Source: Microthyrium microscopicum (lineage: Eukaryota). From it: a stretch of DNA of 64,000 nt. Positions 40,772 through 55,169 of this stretch are shown here, piece after piece. Both the position numbers and the translations under genes were made by a program. Each line of letters opens with the position of its first letter. The first letter of the stretch is position 1. The notes beneath the pieces are model-generated. The model made no database searches. It was given only the letters and a program-made list of their open reading frames with translations, and had not been told where the DNA came from. The DNA lies in assembly GCA_010405405.1 (NCBI GenBank), contig MU004235.1, positions 2,162,506 to 2,226,505 on the forward strand, written 5' to 3'.

Positions 40772-41321
40772 TTTGAGCTGGTCGGAATAATATTTGAAGA
40801 GATGGTATGGTTGATTGAGTTCTTAAAAAGCCTAGAGATTGGAAAGTTAGTGAACTTTATATGCTCTCACCCTAGCTGAGCATCATAGGCCTGGCCTTAA
40901 TTCCGCAGTAGTCCGCGATGAGTTGTTGTTGAATCATTTCCGGATGATTGTCGTATCTCACCCAACAACTTGACGATACTACTGGGCAAGATCACAGTCG
41001 CTGCAATGGACGTTCCGCGGAGAGCGATACATATGCTATACTTAGTAGGCGATACCCAGTGCCAAAGCCTAACGCAGCATAAATAGAGCTTACGAAGTAA
41101 TCGTTCATCTTGAATGACTCATTGGGCTGATGAGAGAGCGGATGCAATGTTGTCAGGCGCACAATGGGATGTAGATGTGGATGTTCAATCCACTGTTCCG
41201 AAAACAATAATTCGATATTCAAGATGAAGTTGCGACAAGCCGGAGTTTCTCTTCTTCAAATGTTGTCCATCTAACGGGGCGCTGAATTGAAGGCGGGGGC
41301 AAATCTCACTAGCGTGGTTTG

Positions 41322-41356
41322 ACGCGTTCCTTCCCCTCGCTCTTTGCTGAACGCGT
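41322..41356 (+). promoter_or_regulatory. Two MCB (MluI cell-cycle box, ACGCGT) elements upstream of PRI2
   Basis: ACGCGT at 41322-41327 and 41351-41356, with further CGCG cores nearby, 90-120 bp before the primase ATG. Confidence 0.75.
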
Positions 41357-41442
41357 CGCGCTCATATCGCGTTGTCGCCCATGATCTAGAGAAATTCAAT
41401 TCCACAACCACAATACAGTCAACGACCCAAAAATTGCCCAAT

Positions 41443-43092
41443 ATGATCCGATCCGACTACAATCGCCCTGAAATCAAGAAACGAGCAACTGTCGACCCCA
41501 AAAAGCGACAATTCGCACCTGCACTGTTCCAGAATCAAGAATATGCCCATCGGCTTAACTTCTACGGATTACCACCGACAGCCAACGTAACGCTGGAGGA
41601 GTTTGAAGAGTGGGCAATCACGCGATTAAAAGGTAGACATCCTGTCTACGGCTGTATCTCAGAGCTAATTAGTGATAGTACTATCTGAGCTGGAGACATG
41701 CACGTTCAGGAACAAAAATGCCGAAGAAACCCTGGCGTACATGACTCCCATATTGGAGAAGCACCTACCTCTGCATTCGAACAGTTCGCGATCTTCACAA
41801 CTGCAAGCGGAACGAAGACGGGATCACTACTCTCACTTCATACTGCGTCTAGCCTTCTCATCGACCGAGGATCTTCGCCGGAGATTCTCCAGGCTCGAAA
41901 CGATGCTTTTCCGGTTACGTTACAGACAAGATGATGACAATCGACGAGAACGAAGCGAGTTCATAAACAGCCTAGACTTCTCCTGGGAGATTGTCGACGA
42001 TAAAGAGCGGGCTGAGCTAGGAGAACAGCTAAAGGCAGCAACAGGCTCAGTGTTCAAGAAGGGTGACGAGGAAGGCTACTTCAAAGTAGACTTTGAGAAG
42101 GTCCCAGAACTCGTTGAGCAACGAAGATGTATGCTCCGAAGAGGCATGGCATACGTACCGATGAGAGAACAAATGAGTCTTGTAGTTGCCGAGTATACTG
42201 CACGACTAGATCGCGCATTGGACGTTAGTATCGCTCTCTCGATGCGCCACTTATCACTGATCGATGCTAGATGACCGCTCGCGAACTCCCACGCATCGAC
42301 GAAGACGACCGTCTCTCACCCATCCTCGCCCATCTCTCTCACTCCTTCACCGCACCATCCGCCTCCTACGATGAATCCAATCTCCCTTCATCCCTCCACC
42401 CCACCGCCGCCAACATCGACCAGCTCGCTACACACTTCCCCCTGTGTATGTCGCATTTGCATACCACCCTCCGCACCAACGCGCATCTCAAGCACTATGG
42501 CCGCCTACAATACACCCTCTTCCTCAAAGGTCTCGGCCTCAGCCTAGACGAATGCGTCCTCTTCTGGCGTCGCAGCTTCCGCCTCATGACGGACGACAAA
42601 TTCACCAAAGAATACAAATACAACATCCGGCACGCCTACGGCGACGTCGGCGGCGATGCCAACCGCCGCGGGCGTGGATATTCGCCCTACAGCTGCCAAA
42701 AGCTCATCACAGAGCCACTCCCCGGCGCAGGACAGAGCCACGGATGTCCATATCGCACGTTCAATGTTGAGAATCTAGTGAGCTTGTTGAATGCGGGTGG
42801 CATCAGCGACAAAGAGGTTGTGCGCGGGGTACGTGAAGATGTGGGCAAGATGCGGTATCATGTTGCGTGTAATCGCGTGTTTGAGCATGTGCATCGCAAG
42901 GAGATCAAAGATGTCAAGGATAAGGGAACTTGGGGCGCTGCGGAGTTGGATACGCTTCTGCATCCGAATACGTACTTTAAGCGCAGCTTTATGTTGAAGC
43001 ATTTGGGGGATGAGGATGTGCAGGCAGAGATGAAGCGAGAGAAGGAGGGGCCTATGAAGAGGGAGATTGAGTCTAATGGTAATGAGTGGTAG
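41443..43092 (+). CDS. PRI2: DNA primase large subunit
   Basis: RLNFY..PP..EEFEEWAI, RRDHYSHFILRLAF, HFPLCM, HLKHYGRLQYTLFLKG, YNIRH, PYSC, HGCPY (Fe-S domain). Introns near 41633-41678 and 42224-42270. Confidence 0.96.
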
Positions 43093-45535
43093 AGATGAGT
43101 TTATGGTGATAGTTGAATTCATGCATTGGAGTATGATGGAGTATGGTGGGGTGTTGCATATGACAGTGGCTTGCATTGTATTTTTGGTTCGCAAGGGAAT
43201 AATGAATAAGATCCACATATTGATAGGTGCAGGATTAATGTAGCGGTTTCTCTTTTATCGCAATTTATACGGTACCATAATGGTACTTGCTCCGTGAACT
43301 CCAAGATCTGCAGTGCTCGATATGGCATGATCATCAGAAGGTCACAGGTGGCTACAAAGGTCCAACGAGGCTGAAGCCTTGCATTGATTCATGCTCGAGG
43401 TTTGGAAACAAATGTCAAGTACAGTTTCAGAATCGGTCACGACAGAAAGAATATACAAGTTGATAATGTTTAAAGAGGCCTTAACAAAGGGAAGATGTCC
43501 ACGTAATCGAGGATGCACCTCGCCAATAATTCACGGGTCGGATGTGCTTGCATCCCAGCACTTGCAGCTCCAGATGCTCTTGAGCTGCAAGATGGAGCTG
43601 GGGAGCTCTGTTAGCTCATGTCTTGCCGATCGAGTACAAAACTGGCGACAGCGGTGAGGTAGACTTTCTGAAGCAATTATAGTGGTTGGAAGTCGATCGG
43701 TGCAGGTCTGATGACTTGACGATAGACTCTTGTCGGGCAAGAGATACCTATTCAGATGGCTTGAGGCTTGAAACGCTCTTACTGTATCACAAGTTCTGGA
43801 AGCGATCGATTGGACGATCAAAAGATGGAGAGAGGTTGGGCTGGATTTGGAGAATGTGGAGGCGTAACTTGGCGAAAAAGCTTGGCCCGGACTCAAATCT
43901 TACACCAGGTCTGAAATGCAAGTGGAAAGTAAAGTGGCAGGTTGCAGCACATGGCAAATTACTTTTCCAAAAAGTGTCACGGTTTTAATTCGCTGTCAGT
44001 GTCGGCCGAGCAACTTATGATTGACTTTTATGAGGGAGTTAGGTCCTTCGTGATATATAGGCAGCGGGATATAGCATGGTTGATATCAGAACTTGATGCT
44101 GCTCTGCTCTCATAGCGGTCATTGCGGTTGGGCAAACCTATTTGATTTTGTGCTTGGTCTTCTTCAAACCGAGGGTGTTGAAAAAGTGGTTGGTCTCACT
44201 GCTCAGTGACAACGACCAAAGGAGAATCAAATGATCTACTTGACTAGCGTGTCAACCGGGTCAAGAAGTTCAATGGAGCGTTGCAAAGTGTGGAGCTGTA
44301 TCGTCAACTTGTCAAGGCAAATGGTGTGTAGCGTGCAACGGTGGTCCAGAGTCCAGACGTCGATGCATCTGCAAGAAGTGGAAGCAAGCTCACAAGCTCC
44401 AGCCACTTCCAGCCATTGCAGCTGTCCTTTGTGGTTATCGTACTTGATCCGTGCGGGCAAATGGTTTGTCGCGCATTCTTGAAGGTTTATCTCCAGGTGG
44501 GTACGGGGAATGTGAAAGTGCCAGGCCGCGAGACAAAAGCCGATGGTGTTAGTAGGTCTTGATGAAGAACAAGGGACGAAGCGGATATCAATAGATTATG
44601 TGCCTGATGAACGACCAGGACCCCAGTGTTCCACGCTCTGGGCTTTGTACTGTAGTAATGTGTGTGCCCGGGGAGTATGTATGGACAAATTAGAGATTGA
44701 TACCAATAATTGACATCGTGATCTTTACCTACTCTACCCACCAACCCACTGTACCCGCTTGCCCGCCTGGAACCCAAGAATCAAGAAACTTAGTCGGAGC
44801 TTGTGGAAGTTGCGATGGAAAACCAATCACACGCAGCTTCCCAATCGCGAAGTCTCAGCCCGCACCACTTCCCGGTCGTAGCTTCTTCAACTTGCCCGCC
44901 CCGGCCGCTACTTCCCACTAGAGTCGCACTGATGATTGGATTGGCATGACTGGCCTGCGCTAGGCCATAGACAGCTCAAACATGGCAGGCATGGCCTTGT
45001 TCGCCAGGTACGATTTCCCCATCCAAACCTACAAGTTCCTGCCTTCCGCCAATTCATATCTTTGAACCTTTTCTGGTTACTTCTAGCTCTACAACAACAA
45101 ATCTTTGCCTCTTCTTCCTCTCACCAACTCTGCAACCAATTCTTCATCTGCTCCATCTCCCATACCTCCTCTATTCCAGCCAATTGCTTGTGCTGTGCTC
45201 TCTTCAGTTCCATCTTCATCTGCTAGGTATGTCAAATTTCCCCCACTGCTGGTTGCTAGGAAGCCCTGTTTGCCCTTAACCGACGGCTTCACGCATAACA
45301 ATTGCACCTCTTGGTACCCTCGCTTGTCATTCTCCCTTCAATTCATCTCTTCCAAATACTGTTTCATCACCTCCGCCCTCTCATAATTTAGCCCACACCC
45401 TTCTATGTTGACCAACTGGTCATTGATCTGCTAGTTTTCACTTTCAAAGCTAACACCACTGCCTGACAGTAGCAATACTCCACTCTTCTCCGCTCGTCCT
45501 TCTCCACAACTCAGAATCCATATCCAATCTTCAAA

Positions 45536-46178
45536 ATGCGCGCTTCAATCTTGCTCCTCAGCTCCGTTGCTGCCATCGTCTCTGCCCAAACCGCCAGCAA
45601 CAGCACTTGCTGCAATGTTGATCCAGGCTCAATCGACCCAAATCAGCGACTTGCGTGGTGCCGTGCTCAGCGCAACACCTGTCCCGAGCTCTGTACCAAC
45701 GGCCAGACTGCCAACAACACGTGCGACGATGTAAGAACTGTACACTAGTGATTTTCAAGCCCGTACCTAACCTGTATTTTAGACCACTTTGACCTACAGC
45801 TGCTCTTGCTCCAGTGGCAGCGCTCCCAACATTTCGGACTATAGTCAGACCCTTCCCTCTCTCGAATGTGACGCATGGAAGTCGCAGTGCGTGGCCTCTC
45901 ATCCTAATGATTTGGCGGGCCAGAACTTCTGCTTGAGCTTCGTTTGTGGTTCCAAGAACGCTTCTGCTGTTGGCGCTGGCGCAGGCACCAATCCTGCCGG
46001 AGGGTCTTCCAGCTCACCTTCCAGCTCCGCCAGCGGATCTAGCACTGCCAGTAGCACCTCTTCTGCACCATCTTCCAGCAGCTCAAAGAGCGCCGCTACA
46101 ATTCTTGCTGCCGGACGCGAGTACGGTCTTGCTGCAGTTGTTGTCGGATTGACCAGCTTGTTTGCTTTTGCTCTATAA
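45536..46178 (+). CDS. Secreted, probably GPI-anchored Cys-rich cell-surface protein
   Basis: Signal peptide; Cys-rich domain (WCRAQRNTCPELC..YSCSC..QTLPSLEC); intron 45731-45782; Ser-rich linker; hydrophobic C-terminus. Confidence 0.85.
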
Positions 46179-47210
46179 TACTTTCTCTGAGCAACTGTTG
46201 GCGACTTGCATTGCGTTCTTGTTGGCTTTTGTACACATACCACTGAAACAGCACACTTGTTAAAAGAAACGGCGGACTCCCTGGACCATTGCAATTGTTC
46301 ATGTTGTTTGGTTCATGACATGCGCCGTGGTGGAAGCGTTGTAAGGGAGAGAGAATTAATGTTCAGGCGGATATCATGGATTGAGGGGGCTGTAGGGCTT
46401 AGATAGCTTCGGTGTCTATTATTCTCATTCTCGGGCGGCGGCCGAGATGTCATGGGGGATTGATGATAAAAGTAGCTATGAGAATGAAGTAATGATTATT
46501 AAAGAGTAGATTGTGCTGATAGTAAAGTCTGATGAACTGAAATCAACTTCACTTCCATAGATAAGCCAGTATTCAACAGCATGTGAGCTTTTACGAGGCA
46601 AGAGTGCTTATACACTGGTACATCCACCCTGAAGCTGGCGATCTACCAATGTCCTTATTTTGTATAGCCAACCGGTTATACCCGAAGGATGATACCAAAT
46701 ATATAGGTCGTTATTGGCTGCTATGTACAAATCCTAGAATTCAATGTGTTATCCATCAGCCTTGTCAGCCTTGTTCAATGGATTCTCCAGCCTTGCGTCG
46801 GCTTATTTCAAAGCCTTTCATTTGTTGCTAGCACAAATCAGCTGCAAAATGCTCGGTGGATCTGCAAACTCAGCTCTGGGTCCTGGTATTTTGTCCAAAG
46901 CTGCAACCTCAAGCTTCCAAGAGCTCAAACTTCTCGCCTCGCCCCCGCCACTACTCTACATCACATTCGCATAACAACACCAATTACGGCTTGCCAACGA
47001 CATATTTCGCCCGTTTCTGCTAGTCTTTGTGCCACCAAAATTCTTTGACCTCGTGTTCTCTGTAGCGTTGGCTGGCAAACTCGCTCAACCAATATCACTT
47101 TGCTTCCGCACGTCATACGCCAAACACTCGTAGACAGTGCTCTAGGCTATCCTTACGTGCCTTGCTGTTTGCCCTTATTTCTCACGACAAGCTGATCCCT
47201 GAGCTGTTAT

Positions 47211-48663
47211 ATGAAGCTTTATCGAGCTTGTGTTATCGTATTCCGCTTGAAGTATTCCGCATTCCCCCAACTGTCTACTTCTGTCCACACAGTTCCTCTG
47301 ACAATGCCTCTCAGAGCTCGAGAAATGTCTACACTAAGCGCCAACACCAAACGACACAGGGTAACAGTGGTGGGATCAGGAAACTGGTTGGTTTAGCTTT
47401 TCTCCCGCTTCTAGAAATGAACACGGCTAATTGGTTTAGGGGCTCTACTATCGCAAAAGTCGTTGCCGAAAATGTTCTCGAATTTCCAAATCTGTTCGAG
47501 TCTGAAGTTCAGATGTGGGTGCATGAAGAGCAGGTCACCATCCCCAAATCGTCTCCCTCCTACGATCCAGCGTCCGAGCTATGCACTAAGGAGCAACCTC
47601 TCTCAGCTCTTATCAATACTGTGCACGAAAACGTCAAATACCTCCCTGGGATCAAACTCCCTGACAACTTGGTTGCAAATCCAAATATAGCCGACTCCGT
47701 TAAGGGATCAACCATTCTCATCTTCAATTTACCCCATCAATTCATCAAGAAGGCCTGCGATGGACTCGAAGGTCACATCGTACCATTCGCACGCGGTATC
47801 AGCTGTATCAAAGGTGTCGAAGTATCTCAAAAAGGAGTGCGCCTACTATCCGACATGATCGGAGAGCGTCTCGGGATATACTGCGGTGCGCTATCTGGAG
47901 CCAACATCGCCTCTGAAATCGCTCAAGGCAAATGGTCTGAGACAACAGTTGCCTATGATCCACCAGCGGTAGACTCTCGACACCCTACTCCTCGTCACTC
48001 GCCCACCACATCGTCCACCAATCTAGGCATGACACCCGCCAATGGTGAGAAGATCAAACTCCAGGCCCTCCCATCCGACTACCCACCGCTCAGCCACGAA
48101 AACATGAAGCATCTCTTCCACCGCCCATACTTCCACGTCCGCATAGTGAGCGACGTCGCCGGCGTATCGCTTGGCGGCGCCCTCAAGAATATTGTCGCCA
48201 TTGCTGCCGGCTACGTCGACGGTCTCGGATGGGGTGACAATGCCAAGGCCGCCGTCATGCGCGTTGGTATCCTCGAAGAAGTCAAGTTCGGCCAAATGTT
48301 CTTCTCAACCGTCAAAGCATCCACATTTACTTCAGAGAGCTGTGGAGTGGCTGATGTAATCACGAGTTGTATGGGCGGACGCAACTTTCGTTGCGCAAAG
48401 ATGGCGACGGAGAGGGGCGTGAGTATTGCGGAGGTGGAGAAGAATGAGCTTAACGGACAGGTGCTACAAGGGACGACGACGGCGAAGGAGGTCAATGATT
48501 TTTTGAGTAGTCAAGGAAAGGAGAAGGAGTTTCCGCTGTTTACGGCGGTTTATAGTAAGTTCTTGAAGTCTTCGGAGAGACGATGAGCTAACGGATGGTA
48601 GACATCCTGCAGGGCAAGAATAAGCCTGAGGATATCCCGAGTCTCATTGAGGTTAAGGATTGA
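47211..48663 (+). CDS. GPD1: NAD-dependent glycerol-3-phosphate dehydrogenase
   Basis: [15 protein letters not shown] across intron 47387-47439; [35 protein letters not shown]; last intron 48557-48602. Start uncertain (in-frame ATGs at 47211, 47304, 47325). Confidence 0.95.
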
Positions 48664-49628
48664 ATAATGACAACCAGGTCGAGATACATCAGCGCGCATG
48701 GACGGGGTTGGCTTAGAGGATAGGCGTGGGAACCTAGAGGAGACTGGACAAGTATGCATTGTATGATTTCAGCCAACTTGAATTTCTAGATCATTTCATA
48801 TGCTTTTCGACTCTCACAACGATCTTGATAACAATGCTTTCGGGGAAATACCTTATCAACGGCTCGGATCGGATAGAGTAGCAACCGTTAACCGTTGACC
48901 TGAAGATGCCATTGAGACTTGGCACACGTCACAAAAACGGTCGACTTGGAGGTGCAGGAACGACTTGAGCTGGCCAATCATGAACGCGCAACTTGCAGGG
49001 ATATATCCATGTGGGAAGCTTCCAAGGCTAGAGCTCGATTGCTCCTCCAAAAGAGACAGCTGCGAGCCTTCGACAGGCATTGAGCCGCAACCTGGGAAGG
49101 AGCTCCCCAACATCCCACATCGTGCCTGCCATCCCACAAAGCCCACACAATCGCCCTGCCCGCTTTTCCTCCCTTCTTCTTCACTGTTGTTCTTTTCATC
49201 TCTGCTCGCAGTCTGAAATCCTGTGCCAATTGCATCATCTCTTGAAGCACCGTGTTCGTGTCGAATACTATATCACGGCAAGCTGATACTCCTCCACCGC
49301 CTTATCCAAAACCCTTACCATCCAAACCATTGAAATCCGGGCAGGTGCAAATTGAAGTCGATCTATTTACCTCTCCTTTTCTCCAGACAAAGTTTAGAAA
49401 TCTTCCTCCACTAAACCTCCAGCCAATCTTGTGTGAAGCTTTGCTTCATTGTCTTGCTATGAATTGATTATCCTCCATTTATACCTCTTACATATCTGCT
49501 TCTCCAGCAATTCCTTTTGCCTATACATCCACCGGTCTAGCTCGTAGACAGCCGGACCTCATTTCCATATCATAACTTCGATTGGACGTCGTCACTTGTC
49601 CACCATTTTTGAGCTTTTAGACATTCCA

Positions 49629-52600
49629 ATGGCTGCCACGGCTCCTCCACGGACGCAAAATGTCTACGTTCTTCCATTGACCGATAATGGAGCTCCGGAT
49701 GTTGTCGGTTCATACATATATCTTCCTCCTCCTACTACGCCTTGCTACAGCCTTCGCTTTTCGATCCTTGGCACAAGCTCCATCTGCCGTGAAGGTAGTT
49801 TATGGGTGAATATACCAGCAAAGGGCGAAGAGTTCCGGAGAGACAACTACAAGGAATACAAGTAATTCATACCCATGACTTTGCAAGAAAGTTTCTAATC
49901 CCTTGCAGACTAATACCGGATTTCAATGGGCGAATTGAAATCAACATGCCGATTTACCAAGCTGGATCTTTCGGCTACAAAATAAGATACTCACCACTTC
50001 CAGAATTCGCTCCTCATCCCGTCACCCCTCCCGAACCAACAGAGACTCCGATCTACTACATTGATATTTGCCCAAAACTACAGCTGAACGGCGCGCAGAT
50101 CCCGCTAGATGCTATTTCCATCATCTCTGTGCTTTCAAAGCTTGTGGGTCCGTACCCTGGCGGCTGGAATGAATACCTCAATGGTATTGCTGAGCGTGGC
50201 TACAACATGATACATTTCACGCCTCTCAACCCTCGAGGAGAGTCCAATTCACCATACAGCATCTACGATCAGCTCGCATTCGACAAAGATCTGTTTCCAC
50301 ATGGAGAGGATGATATTGCTCACCTCACTACGAAAATGGAGGAAGAGTATGGTCTACTTGGCCTGACAGATGTTGTATTCAACCACACAGCCAACAACAG
50401 CAAATGGCTTCAACACCATCCGGAAGCAGGTTACAGCGTCAAGACTGCTCCTCATCTAGAACCAGCCCTTGTTCTCGACACGTCTATTATGGACTTTGGA
50501 GATCGTCTTGGAGAGCTGGGATGTCCAACAAACATTCAATCCGCGGATGATTTGAAGAGACTCATGGAAGGCATCAAGAAATACTGCGTTGACGCCAACA
50601 AGCTGTGGGAGTTTTACGTCATCAATGTTGATCGCGACACCAGCGATGTTCTTACGGCATGGAAAGCTGGACGTACCGATTTCTCCCATGACGAAGCAGC
50701 ATGGGGCGAACGGGGATTGAGCGATACTACCGGAATCCGCAGTTGGCCCCTGAAGCGAAAGGCTGATTTTGTCATTCAACAATGTATGACGGGACTCGAT
50801 CGACTTGGAGAACGTTTCAGACGGAGAGTCATCGCCTCCAGAGTTGCAGCATTCCTCAGTGTTATAATTGGACGCTACGATACTCGAAACCTGGAGCACC
50901 CGGATGAGAACCTGGTCGAAGAGACCTGCAAGCAACTTTTGAACGAGATCAACCTACAGTTTTACAAGGAGTATGACATGGATGCAGCAACAATCATAGA
51001 TCAGTTGTCGAATCGCATCAAGTACGTCCGACTTGATGACCATGGCCCAAAATGGGGACCTTTCTCAAAAGAACACCCCATCATTGAGTCATACTTCACT
51101 CGGTTACCGTACAACAAAATCACGCAAAATCATGATCCATCAGCTTTGGCTTTGGTGAATAATGGTTGGGTATGGGCGGCTGATGCCATGCGTGATAATG
51201 CTGGTCCCAAGTCCAAAGCATATCTCAAGAGAGAAGTCATTGTCTGGGGTGACTGTGTCAAGTTAAGATACGGAAAGGGACGAGAAGATAACCCTTGGCT
51301 GTGGGATCATATCGCCAAATATACTCGACTTATGGCGAAGTACTTTGTTGGTTTCCGTATCGACAACTGTCACTCGACACCAATCCATCTCGCAGAATAT
51401 ATGCTCGACCAGGCTCGTACTGTGCGCCCTGATCTTCTTGTCTGCGCTGAGCTGTTCTCCGGATCGGAAGAAATGGATTTCGTATTCTGCAAGCGTCTTG
51501 GTATCAGTTGTTTGATTCGAGAAGCCATGCAAGCATACAGTACAAAAGAACTTAGTCGCCTGGTTCACAAACATGCGGGTCCTCCCATTGGAAGCTTTGA
51601 AATGGACGGTGTGATCAATGCAGTCAAGTCACCTGGAAGTATTACCGCCGCCAATGGCGCTCCGCTTACTCGTGAAATTATCCATACCATCAAGCAAAGT
51701 CCAATCCATGCACTCTTCATGGATTGTACTCATGATAACGAAACACCAGCACAAAAGCGTGATGCTCGCGATACTTTACCCAATGCAGCACTCGTCGCCA
51801 TGTGTGCTGCAGCCACTGGCAGTGTGGCTGGCTATGATGAATGCTATCCTGAGTTGATTGATCTCGTCCATGAAACACGAATGTACTCCTCCCCATATGC
51901 GAACAAGAATCAACTTAAGGTGCAAGCTGCTGAAGGCGGCATTGGCAACATCAAGAAACTACTCAATCAAATACATGTGCTCATGGGTAAGGATGGCTAT
52001 TCGGAGACGTTCATACACCACGACAATGAGTACATCACAGTACATCGCGTTCATCCACAGTCTCGCAAAGGTTACTTCTTGATTGCTCACACCGCTTTCC
52101 CTGGCTATGGTAATGGGAATGGAGGGTTCCCTCCAGTTCGCCTACCTGGTACTCGAGCCAAAGCTATCGGAGCATGGATGTTCGAGGTCGACTCGAGCGA
52201 AGATGCGAAGAAGTCTGCTATGGGCGACAAAGTTCTTCGTGGTCTCCCATCTCGGACTCGCGATATTCGTGGCGTGACAATTACTCACGAGAATGGAGAG
52301 ACTGTCATTCAAGTACGAGAGACTTTCCCACCTGGCAGTATCGCCCTGTTTGATACCTGGATTCCAGGTGCCGAACATTCTGAGGGTTTGGACAAATTTG
52401 TCACACGTGGTGCTGCTGAGGCTTGTCAAGACCTTAATCTGGCCGATCTCAACTACTTGCTTTACCGGTGCGAAACCGAGGAACGCGATGCTACAGGCGG
52501 AACCGATGGCACATACAATATCCCCAATTACGGCAACATTGTCTATGCTGGACTTCAGGGGTGGATCAGTGTGCTGAAAGATATTATTCCTGAGAACAAC

Positions 52601-54355
52601 CTTGGCCACCCATTGTGTGATCATCTCAGATCTGGACAGTGGGCAATGGATTATATCATCGGCCGGCTGGAGAATGCGTCAAAGCAGAATCAGTGGAAGC
52701 GTCTTTCTGCACCAGCTACGTGGCTTCGGGAACGATTCGATGCTTGTCGTAAACTCCCGAGCTTCTTGCTTCCACGATACTTTGCCATGGTAGTAAACAC
52801 CATGTACTCCGCCGCCACCGACAGAGCTATTGAGCAGATGGATCCAAATATTCGCAAAGGCAATGACTTCCTCAAAGGACTTTCTTTAGTCAGTCTTCAA
52901 GTCACTGGATACATGAACAGCACATCGCTCTATCCTAATAAGCAAGTTCCTTCTCTGGCTGCGGGTCTGCCTCATTTTGCCAATGATTGGGCAAGATGTT
53001 GGGGCCGAGATATCATGATTGCAATGCGAGGTTTACTCATTGCCCCTGGACGTCGAGCTGAGGCCATAGACCATATCTGCGCTTTTGCATCTGTTGTCAA
53101 GCATGGTCTGGTTCCCAATCTCTTGTCAAAGGGAGAGCTTCCACGCTACAATTCTCGCGACTCACCTTGGTTCTTCTTGCAAAGCGTGCAAGATTACTGC
53201 AAGATTGTACCGGATGGAATATCACTTCTGTCGGTCGATGTTCCACGACGTTTTCTGCCAAATGATGATACTTGGTTTCCTTGGGATGATCCTCGCGCTT
53301 ATTCCAAATCTTCAACGATTGCAGAAGTCTGTCATGAAATCATGCAGCGACATGCGTCTGGTCTAGACTTCCGCGAGTATAATGCTGGTCCCAACCTCGA
53401 TTCCCAGATGAAGGACGAGGGTTTCAACATCAAAGTATTTGTAGACCCCGAGACGGGCTTCGTTCACGGTGGTAATCAACACAACTGTGGTACCTGGATG
53501 GACAAGATGGGAGAGAGCGTCAAAGCTGGCAGTAAAGGAGTTCCCGGCACTCCTCGCGATGGCGCAGCAGTGGAAATCACAGGCATGCTCTTCAGCGCCG
53601 CCAACTGGCTCGACTCGTTATACCAAGCAGGACAATTTGCCTACTCTGGCGTAACCTGGGCCGACGGATCCAAGAAATCCTACTCTGACTGGGCCGCCCT
53701 CATCAAAGCCAACTTTGAACGTTGTTTCTGGGTCCCACGCGACCGCGCAGACGACGCAGCCTACGATATTGACGCTACCATTATCAATCGCCGCGGCATT
53801 TACAAGGATCTCTACAAATCCGGTAAACCGTACGAAGATTACCAGCTCCGTCCCAACTTCCCCATCGCCATGTGCGTTGCCCCTGAACTTTTTGACCCAT
53901 CTCACGCCCTTCACGCTCTGTGGGTCGCCGACAAAAACCTCCGCGGGCCCATTGGTATGCGCACACTCGATCCCAGCGATCTCAATTACCGGCCCAACTA
54001 CATCAACTCTGACGATTCTGACGACTTTGCTACCGCCAAGGGACGCAACTACCACCAAGGACCAGAATGGTGTTGGCCGCTGGGTTTCTTCCTACGCGCG
54101 TTCCTCCGCTTTGGACTACAGCGGGCCACTACGGAACATGAGCGGACGGAAGTCTATCAACAGGTTACAAGACGGCTCGAGGGGTGTATGAAGCAGTTGA
54201 AGGAGAGTCCTTGGGCGGGACTGACAGAGTTGACGAATAAGGATGGGGCGTTTTGTGGGGATTCTTGTCCGACGCAGGCTTGGAGCGCGGGTTGTTTGAT
54301 TGATTTGTATGAGGAGGCTATGAGATTGGAGGGGGAGAGTACACAGAGTGCTTGA
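49629..54355 (+). CDS. GDB1: Glycogen debranching enzyme (4-alpha-glucanotransferase/amylo-1,6-glucosidase)
   Basis: Intron 49862-49908; SNSPYSIYDQ, WGDCVKLRYG, GFRIDNCHST, DCTHDN, WARCWGRD, GTWMDKMG, YHQGPEW, QAWS. Confidence 0.97.
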
Positions 54356-55169
54356 GAGCGTAGGGAGGGGAGATTGAATAAGTGGTGATGGTGGTGGTGA
54401 AGTGAGGTGGCGGAAAAGGGGTAATGAGAGCCAGCGTAAATATACCTTACCTAGATCCTACGATAACAACTGTCAATGATACACGCATTTCCTATGTTTG
54501 ATGGGTTTTGAGGGGTTGATGTGTATGTCCACTTGCATAAAGGCTTGAACTATAAGGCTGTGAGGTTAATATATCTCAAACAAAAGAGCCTCAGGCCATT
54601 GATCGATCCAAATCCCCATCGGCTTTCTAAATGAGCAACATATTTCGCAGTCATTCTCTCCTAGCATTCGCTTCCTTCAACTTCCGATCTGATCATCTGA
54701 TCGTCTTCATGATCTCTAATGGCCCGTGACGAGCACACGTTCAATAGATATCGTATCTTATAGCAATTCTTACCTTATCAGAGAGCAAGATACCTTCAAG
54801 CTGTCTACCCTGGTCATCTCTGCTTGGTCCATCTTCCGCACTTTGCTCATCGCCGCTATTATTACTCGAGTGGGAGATGGACTTATTGGCTCTCCACGGG
54901 CACTAAATACACAGGAAAATCGCTCCGAACGACGCTATGCCCTTTCCAATCTTTGATATTGCTTTGATTCAATTGGAAGCTGATCTTGCTATGCTACATG
55001 GACCGTATTTGGCCTCTAACTACCACCCATCTCGTGGGTAGTCCTGCTTTGTTATATCACCACAGTTATATCCCATCGTGACGTTTCCCAACATACCTAC
55101 CATTTCGAACTCATTGCTTTTGATCTTATCTATGCCATTGTAGCATTTCTTCACTCGCTAATTCCCATC

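Noticed and set aside
43385..44780. Protein-like fragments (e.g. LTVSQVLEAIDWTIKRWREVGLDLENVEA near 43780-43866)
   Set aside because: No consistent frame, splice structure or known motif. A decayed gene is possible but cannot be supported.
37944..54191. Long antisense or alternate-frame ORFs overlapping real genes (e.g. 37944-38510, 50456-50935, 53715-54191)
   Set aside because: They are shadows of codon bias in the true CDS and carry no independent motifs.
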